Source of the DNA: Candidatus Scatomorpha merdipullorum
GTDB taxonomy: Bacteria > Bacillota > Clostridia > Oscillospirales > Oscillospiraceae
Assembly (NCBI GenBank): GCA_018716795.1
Contig: DVJK01000036.1
Span: forward strand, 1-30,830
Length of the DNA stretch: 30,830 nt
Direction: 5' to 3'
Positions 6,453-12,817 of the stretch are shown here, piece after piece. The stretch's first letter is position 1; each line of letters starts with the position of its first letter. The notes under the pieces were generated by a model. That model was not told the origin of the DNA. It made no database searches and saw only the letters and a program-made list of their open reading frames with translations. The translations under genes were made by a program, and so were the position numbers.

Positions 6453-8010
6453 GTAGGGGAGGGCTTCCACGCTCGCCCGGCGTTGGATGAAAGATGACGT
6501 GGGTTCGCCCGTAAGAAATGGTGCGCGGGCTGTGCCCGCGGGATTTGGATGCGTTGGGTGGTGGGCGCGAGGCATGCGCGCCGTGGGTGACGCGGGTGCG
6601 GTTGGTCAAGCCGGACGGGTGCGCCTAATGTGGCCCGGCAATCACGCAAACGCGGGGCGTCGAGGACGCCGCCCCTTACGGGCTGGAGGAAAACCACGGT
6701 ATCAGCATCACGGCATACAGATGCGCCATCGCCGCAAACCTCCGCCCACCCCTCGGCTCCCCTGAAAGGGGAGCTGTCGCGGCGCGAAGCGGCGTGACTG
6801 AGGGGTTGGTGCAAGGTCGGTGCGGGCATACCAGCGTTATCCGTCAACCGAGGCCGGGCGGGCGTGGAAGCCCGCCCCTACGGGGTGTGGGGAGGTGGGT
6901 GCGCGAAATACAGCGTCGCCCGTCGACCGGAGTCAGGCGGGCGTGGAGGTGGGTTGGCGCGTGGAACCAACGTTATCCATAGGCCGACGGCGGCGCACCC
7001 TACGGCGCGAGGAGAACGTTTCCACATCGTAATTACGTCGTCCGTCAACCAACGGAAGGGGCGTCGGGGACGCCGCCCCCTACGGGGTGTGCGTGTGGGT
7101 AGGTTTCAGCGGAGCCGTGAGGTGTTGTTTATCACACCCGTTACGGTGTATACCGCAAGCCCGGTTACGCTGCTGCATGTAGGGTGCACCGTCCTCGGTG
7201 CACCGTGGCTGCGGGATTGCCGGGGCGGGTTGGTTGCGGACGTTTGGCTTGACCGATTGCGCCAGCGTTTCCTACGGTGCATCCGCCTCGCGTCCACAAC
7301 CCAACGTATGCAATTTCGCGGGCACCGCCCGCGCACCATTGGTATGGGCGCGGAGTAATCACACCCGCCGCGTTGTATGCCGCAGCGTTCGTCTTGCACC
7401 CACCGTAGGGGGCGGCGTCCTCGACGCCCCTTGCTCCTTGTGATTGCCGAGCTGGGTTAGACGTAGCCGTTTGGCGTGGCCGATTGCACCCGCGTTTCCC
7501 TCGGTGCTCCTGCTTCGCGTCCACCACTCAACGCATCCAATCCCGCGGGCACCGCCCGCGCACCTTTGGCACGGGCGCACCCACGTTGTCCGTCCACCCA
7601 CGCCGGGAGGGCGTGGAAGCCCTCCCCTACGGCGGGTGTGGAAGGGTTCGGCGTGCAACCGGCGTCGTCCATCGACCAAAGGCGGGGCGTCGGGGACGCC
7701 GCCCCTTACGGGCGGTTTGTATACTTCGCGTTGCGGCGTACAACGTAGGGGCACCGCCCGCGCACCATTTCGTGCGGGCGTTCCGACGCCGTCCGTCAAC
7801 CCACGCCGGGATGGCATGGAAGCCCTCCCCTACGGTGGGTGGGGCGGTTGATGGGCAACGTGGTTGCGACGCACCAACGTCGTCCCCAACCCCTCAGTCA
7901 CGGCGCAAAGCGCCGCGACAGCTCCCCTTTCAGGGGAGCCGAGAGGGCGGGGTGCGGCGCGCCGACGTTATTCGTTCACCCGCGTCGTCCGCAACCCCTC
8001 AGTCGCGGCG
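6453..8010. repeat. Mosaic of GTAG-type REP-like palindromes and longer repeat cassettes (BIME/REPIN-like)
   Basis: Type A GTAGGGG(A/C)GGGCTTCCACGCCC(T/G)CCC at 6453(+), 6856(-), 7605(-), 7808(-). Type B GTA(A/G)GGGGCGGCGTCC(T/C)CGACGCCCC at 6654(-), 7058(-), 7405(+), 7684(-), with a variant at 7179(+). Double-hairpin type C at 6750(+), 7886(-) and a partial copy near 7994. Confidence 0.9.
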
Positions 8011-8016
8011 CTCCGC

Positions 8017-9039
8017 TTACTCCACGCTTATTTTTTCGGCGGTGATGTCCTTTATTGTGGGGCAGTTGGCCATGGTCATCATGTACTCGAGCTCGGCGCG
8101 CTTGGTGTTGGCATAGAGCTCGACGCCCTCGGCGCCGCCGCCGTGCGCGGCCACGACGAAGGGGCGGCCTATCATGGCGGCGTCCGCGCCCAGGGCCAGG
8201 ACCTTGAAGATGTCCGCGCCGGTGCGGATGCCGCCGTCGACGATTATCGTGAGCCTGTCGCCGACCGCGGCGCGTATCTCGGGCAGCACCTTGGCCGTGG
8301 CCTCTGCGTCGGTCATGACGCGGCCGCCGTGCGTGGAGACGATGATGCCCGCGCAGCCGGCCTCGGCGCATTTGAGCGCGCCCTCGGCGGTCATGATGCC
8401 CTTGGCGATGAAGGGCACAGGCAGGCTCTCGGCCACGGCGCGCAGGTCGGCGACGCTCTTGGACGAGAGCGTCTTGACCGCGGAGCCCATGTTGGCGAAG
8501 GCCGCGGCGTCTATGTCGCAGGCGACGGCGGGGCAGCCGGCCTCGGTGCAGCGCTGGGCCTGGGCGATGAGCTTGCCGTTGTCGCGCCAGGGCTTGACCG
8601 TGGCGACGTCGAGGCCGCCGTTGGCCTTCGCGGCCTCGAGCCCGTCCTTGAGCTGGCCGGGCGCGCCGTCGCCGGTGAAGGGCAGGATGCCCGCCCTGGC
8701 CGCGCCGGTGACGGCCATCATGGACCAGTCCGCCGTGGACATGGCCCCGTTATAGTTGTGCCCGTTGAGCCCGCCGATTGGCGCGAGGCAGAGCGGCGCG
8801 GCGAGCCTGACGCCGAACAGGGTGGTCGAGGCGTCCGGCTCCCAGGGCTCGTGAATGGTGTCCATGCGTATTTTGACGCGCCTGAGGTATTCCACGCAGG
8901 CCGTCCAGGCCGAGCCGTCTCCCATGGAGCCGACGCCCGGTATTTTGCCCTTGCAGCCGCGCCCGTCACATTCGGGGCAGACCCGGCAGTTCGGGCCCAT
9001 CATTTCGCGGGCCTTCGCCCAGATTTCGTCGAGTGTCAT
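8017..9039 (-). CDS. FMN-dependent alpha-hydroxy-acid oxidase/dehydrogenase family protein with N-terminal Cys cluster, 340 aa
   Basis: APLCLAPIG, PFIAKGI, IIVSTHGGR, IIVDGGIRTGADIFKVLALGADAAMIGRPF are typical of the LldD/glycolate-oxidase TIM barrel. N-terminal CRVCPECDGRGC. Confidence 0.88.
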   Translation of the reverse strand: MTLDEIWAKAREMMGPNCRVCPECDGRGCKGKIPGVGSMGDGSAWTACVEYLRRVKIRMDTIHEPWEPDASTTLFGVRLAAPLCLAPIGGLNGHNYNGAMSTADWSMMAVTGAARAGILPFTGDGAPGQLKDGLEAAKANGGLDVATVKPWRDNGKLIAQAQRCTEAGCPAVACDIDAAAFANMGSAVKTLSSKSVADLRAVAESLPVPFIAKGIMTAEGALKCAEAGCAGIIVSTHGGRVMTDAEATAKVLPEIRAAVGDRLTIIVDGGIRTGADIFKVLALGADAAMIGRPFVVAAHGGGAEGVELYANTKRAELEYMMTMANCPTIKDITAEKISVE

Positions 9040-9084
9040 AGCTTCTCCCTCCCGCCGCCGAGGCGGCTTTGCGAATATAAGCCT

Positions 9085-9113
9085 ATTTTACTACGTCAAA
9101 GCGCGAGAGGCAA
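9085..9113 (-). promoter_or_regulatory. sigma-A promoter for the alpha-hydroxy-acid dehydrogenase gene
   Basis: TTGCCT-N17-TAAAAT on the minus strand. Confidence 0.55.
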
Positions 9114-9170
9114 GAGCGGCTTGCCGCATACGCCGCCGGGGCGGAATAAGCTCCCGCAGAGCGAAGGCGC

Positions 9171-9196
9171 AAAAAAGACCGGCCCGCAGGCCGGTC
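9171..9196 (-). terminator. Intrinsic terminator of the moxR-vwa operon
   Basis: GACCGGCC-tgcg-GGCCGGTC-TTTTTT on the minus strand. Confidence 0.75.
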
Positions 9197-9226
9197 CCGT
9201 TTGCTCGCCGGTTTCCCGACGTGCTC

Positions 9227-10945
9227 TTACATTGAGCCTATGAGCTCGACTATAACCTTGCCGACGGCGTCGGCAAACTGGCTGATGTGGCGGATGCGGA
9301 CGAGCTCGCGGCCGTATATGCGGCGGGCGTTCGGAAGCTCCTCCTCCTCGCCGGTGAAGACGCACATGACGCTCACGCCCATGCGGCGGAGCTTTTCGAC
9401 CTCGGCGGAGGAGTCGGCGACGCCGGCCTCGCCCTGATAGTCCTTCTGGCGGCCCTGGGCGTCGGCGACCTTTTTGACGTCGTTCGGGCTGCAGTCGGAG
9501 AGGGTTATCAGTATCCTCCGCTCGTAGGGGCTGGAGGAGAGGAGATAGTTCGCGGCGCGCAGGGCCAGGCCGTCGCGGTTGAAGCCCGCGGCGGAGTATT
9601 CAAAAACGGCCTCGTTTTTCTCGGGCTCGTTGTAATCCCGGTAGATGCGCGTGACGGTGCAGCTGCCGACGCTGCAAAAGGACATGACGCGCACCGGCAG
9701 ACCGCAGCGCGTGAGGCTCTCGGCGAGGATATAGGCCTGGGAGGCCACCTTCTCCTGGCGCTGGAGCTGGCTGGCGGAGCCGTCGAGCAGCAGGTCGACG
9801 GAGAGCTCGGTGTCCGTCATGCGCTCGTGCTTTTCGAAGACGCTTCCGTCGTTCAAATAGACGCCGCGCCATATCCGGGCGGCGTTGAGCTCGCCCGCGC
9901 GGGACTTTATCATCGTGTCGTCGAGGTGGACGAGGATGCAGTTGCGCACCTTCTCCGTCAGGCGGATGATGGCCAGGCGGTGGGCGACGATGCCGTCGTT
10001 ATAATATTTCCGGTTGGCCTCGGCCTGGCTGCGCGAGGTCTGGCGCTGGAGCCGGACTTCGGCGTCGCGCGGTTCGGCGGAGAATTCGCCGCGCGTGAAG
10101 TGGAGCATACAGCCCGCGTGCCGGTCGCGGCAGAGGCGGTCTTCGATATTCGTGACGTCGCCGCGGCTGTACATGGACTCGCCGAAGCAGTCGGCGACAT
10201 AGCCGCGCAGCTGCTCGGGCGTCTTGTCGCCGGTGAGGCGGCCGATGGGGCTGAGCTTTCCGGCCTTGCGCCTGACCTCCTTCGAGCTCACGCGCGCGCC
10301 GAGGAAGTACCGCCGGCGGCCTATGCCGCCCATGAACTGCGGCAGCTTCGCAAGCGTGTCGTGCCGGAGCATGCCGCCGGTGACGCCGAAATAGTCCTTG
10401 AGTATGCCGCGCATTCGCTCGCAGAGCTGCTCGCTCGTGAGCTCGGGCGGGAACTCCAGCGCCTCGAGCAGCTTTTCCTCCCGGGGCGGGAGCCTGTGCC
10501 TCTCGCCCAGGACGCGGCGGTAGTGCTCGAGCTTTATGCGGTCGGCCATGGGCAGGTCGAGGTCGTTGAAGTCCGCGGCCTGGGCGACGACCGTGCGCGC
10601 ATAGCCCTGACGCAGCAATCGCAGGGCCGGCCGCTCCGCTATCGCGCGCTGATAGGCGCAGTTTTCAAGCCCCGTCCAGAAGAGGTCCTGCCAGGTCTCG
10701 CCCTGGGCGGCGTTCTCCATGCCGTCGAGCAGCTTCTTTATCGTGGGATAGTCGTAGTATTTATACACCGCGCCGACGATGCTGTTCATATACACGTCGG
10801 CATAGCCCTCCGGATCGTAGGCCCGGCTCTCGGGGTGGAGGCCGTAGTCCCCGGCGGCGTTCCAGATGAGGTTGGTGGCGCGGCGCTGCTGCCGCTCCTG
10901 CTCGACCTCGCTGAGCTCCTCATGAGCCCGTCTCAGGGCGCACAT
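9227..10945 (-). CDS. VWA-domain protein (NorD/CbbO/CobT-like partner of a MoxR ATPase), 572 aa
   Basis: C-terminal MIDAS LLLDGSAS, later NRDGLAL and LITLSDCSPND motifs. Starts 1 nt after the MoxR stop (TGA-G-ATG). Confidence 0.82.
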   Translation of the reverse strand: MCALRRAHEELSEVEQERQQRRATNLIWNAAGDYGLHPESRAYDPEGYADVYMNSIVGAVYKYYDYPTIKKLLDGMENAAQGETWQDLFWTGLENCAYQRAIAERPALRLLRQGYARTVVAQAADFNDLDLPMADRIKLEHYRRVLGERHRLPPREEKLLEALEFPPELTSEQLCERMRGILKDYFGVTGGMLRHDTLAKLPQFMGGIGRRRYFLGARVSSKEVRRKAGKLSPIGRLTGDKTPEQLRGYVADCFGESMYSRGDVTNIEDRLCRDRHAGCMLHFTRGEFSAEPRDAEVRLQRQTSRSQAEANRKYYNDGIVAHRLAIIRLTEKVRNCILVHLDDTMIKSRAGELNAARIWRGVYLNDGSVFEKHERMTDTELSVDLLLDGSASQLQRQEKVASQAYILAESLTRCGLPVRVMSFCSVGSCTVTRIYRDYNEPEKNEAVFEYSAAGFNRDGLALRAANYLLSSSPYERRILITLSDCSPNDVKKVADAQGRQKDYQGEAGVADSSAEVEKLRRMGVSVMCVFTGEEEELPNARRIYGRELVRIRHISQFADAVGKVIVELIGSM

Positions 10946-10946
10946 C

Positions 10947-11861
10947 TCAGCCGAAGAGGCCGCCGCGGCCCAGGTCGGCGGGGATGCGCGAGGTTATGAC
11001 GTCCTCGACCAGCTTGCGCTCGAAGGGATCGAAGGCCTTGTTGACCACGCCCATGCGCAGGCTGTCGACGGCCTTGAGGCCGCGCTCCATGAGGTCGACC
11101 GCGCTCATGAGGCCGCGCAGGTCGAGCGCCTTGGTCGAGATTTCCGCGCTGTCCACCTTGCGGCGGAGGTCGGAATAGAGCCCCGAGAACTGCTTTACCC
11201 ACTCGTCTTTGAGCGTGGGATGCTCGCGCTTCAAAAGCTTGGCGAGGTTTTCCTCGCTTATCGGCGGCATCTCGATGACGACGAAGCGGCTCACAAGCGC
11301 CTCGTTGAGCTCGCGCGTGCCGGCGTAGCCGTAGTTCATCGTGCCGATGAAGCGCGTCGCGCCGTCCATCTTAATGCGGTCGTATCCGGGCACGTCTATG
11401 ACGCGGCGGAAGTCCAGTGTGGCGTGCAGGACGGCCAGCGACTCGTTCTTCGCCATGTTTATCTCGTCGAGTATGCCGAAGCCGCCGAGCGTCGCGCACT
11501 GGGTTATCGGGCCGGGGCGGAAGCTGACCTCGCCGTTTTTGAAGGTGTCGGTGCCTATGAGCGAGGCGGCGTCGGTGTTTATATAAAAGCTGACGTCCCA
11601 GCTCGGGCGGCCGAAGGCCGCGGCCAGGTTCTCGGCCAGCACGTTCTTGCCTGTGGCCTTGGGGCCGACGAGCAGCAGGTTCTCTCCGCAGAGCAGGGCG
11701 GTGGCCGCCGCCTCCCAGATATCCCTGCCGTAGTAGTCGAAGCGCGGCTTGTCCAGAAGCCTGCGCCCGGCCTCCTCCGAGACGGGATGCTTCGCGCGGA
11801 ACTCCTCTATGGCGGATATTATGCCGGGATCTATGCCCTCCCGGCGCAGAAAGTCAAGCAT
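10947..11861 (-). CDS. MoxR-class AAA+ ATPase (CbbQ/NirQ/NorQ-like), 304 aa
   Basis: Walker A GPKATGKN, Walker B GILDEIN, FIGTMNYGYAGTRELNEALVSRF sensor/Arg-finger region. Confidence 0.9.
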   Translation of the reverse strand: MLDFLRREGIDPGIISAIEEFRAKHPVSEEAGRRLLDKPRFDYYGRDIWEAAATALLCGENLLLVGPKATGKNVLAENLAAAFGRPSWDVSFYINTDAASLIGTDTFKNGEVSFRPGPITQCATLGGFGILDEINMAKNESLAVLHATLDFRRVIDVPGYDRIKMDGATRFIGTMNYGYAGTRELNEALVSRFVVIEMPPISEENLAKLLKREHPTLKDEWVKQFSGLYSDLRRKVDSAEISTKALDLRGLMSAVDLMERGLKAVDSLRMGVVNKAFDPFERKLVEDVITSRIPADLGRGGLFG

Positions 11862-11898
11862 GATTCAACCTCCCAGGGGCGTTTTGTCTTCAACCCGG

Positions 11899-11927
11899 AT
11901 TCTACTACATTTTACGGCGGATGTCAA
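11899..11927 (-). promoter_or_regulatory. sigma-A promoter for the moxR-vwa operon
   Basis: TTGACA-N17-TAGAAT on the minus strand. Confidence 0.75.
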
Positions 11928-11988
11928 AACAATTCAACAGCGACTTAATCGTCGCCCTCATTTATTTCTTCCCGCGCGCCGAATACGT

Positions 11989-12025
11989 TTGACTATTCCG
12001 TCCGCATATGTTAAACTGTGAACGA
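11989..12025 (+). promoter_or_regulatory. Extended -10 sigma-A promoter for hypB-oxidoreductase-hypA with overlapping Rex-like box
   Basis: TTGACT-N17-TAAACT with TG at -15/-14. ATGTTAA-ACTG-TGAACGA (12008-12025) matches 11 of 14 Rex consensus positions and covers the -10. Confidence 0.6.
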
Positions 12026-12107
12026 TAAATTTTAACTTTTCCACAAGCTCTGGCCCTGATTTGACCAGGCATTTGTCAAAATCCACGCCTGAAAGGGGTA
12101 GTTATAC

Positions 12108-12773
12108 ATGCTCAGGACGATAGAAATAAAGCAGAGCATCTTTGCTGACAACGACAGGGATGCGGACGCACTCCGCTCGGAGCTCAGGGAGAAAGGCGTC
12201 TTCCTGCTCAACCTGATGAGCTCGCCCGGCTCGGGCAAGACGACGACGCTGGTCAAGACCATCGCCGCGCTTCAAAACGAGCTGCGGATAGGGGTTATCG
12301 AGGCGGACATAGACTCCGACGTCGACGCGCACACGGTGCAGCGCGCCGGGGCCAAGGCCATTCAGCTGCACACGGGCGGCATGTGCCACCTGACGGCGGA
12401 CATGACCCGCCAGGGCGTGGAGGCCCTGGGCGTGGAGGACGTCGACCTCGCCATACTCGAAAACGTCGGCAACCTCGTCTGCCCGGCGGAGTTCGACACG
12501 GGCGCGGCCAAAAACGCGATGATACTCTCGGTGCCGGAGGGGCACGACAAGCCCCTGAAGTACCCGCTGATGTTCGAGGTCTGCGACGTCATGCTGATAA
12601 ACAAGATAGACGTCCTGCCCTACTTCGACTTCGACCTCGACAAGGTCCGCGAGTACGCCCTCAAGCGCAACCCGAAGCTCGAGCTCATACCCATAAGCGC
12701 CAAGACCGGCGAGGGCATAGACAAGTGGTGCGATTGGCTCCGCCGCGAGGTCAGGGCCTGGCAGAACAGGTGA
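12108..12773 (+). CDS. hypB: HypB nickel-insertion GTPase, 221 aa, lacking the His-rich/N-terminal CxxCGC extension
   Basis: SSPGSGKTT P-loop, VIEADI, GGMCHL metal site, ENVGNLVCPAEFD, LSVPEGHDKPLKYP, NKID. Confidence 0.95.
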   Translation: MLRTIEIKQSIFADNDRDADALRSELREKGVFLLNLMSSPGSGKTTTLVKTIAALQNELRIGVIEADIDSDVDAHTVQRAGAKAIQLHTGGMCHLTADMTRQGVEALGVEDVDLAILENVGNLVCPAEFDTGAAKNAMILSVPEGHDKPLKYPLMFEVCDVMLINKIDVLPYFDFDLDKVREYALKRNPKLELIPISAKTGEGIDKWCDWLRREVRAWQNR

Positions 12774-12817
12774 ACAAAGGCGAAAGCCGTTAAAAATCTA
12801 AGGAGGGGAGGCCAGAT

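Noticed and set aside
6453-8010. CRISPR array
   Set aside because: Repeats occur in both orientations with irregular spacing, the intervening DNA is homologous rather than unique spacers, and there are no cas genes.
6398-8116. Numerous 60-210-aa ORFs inside the repeat mosaic as a possible transposase or repeat-encoded peptide
   Set aside because: No HUH/Y1 or DDE motifs, and reading frames are not conserved between cassette copies.
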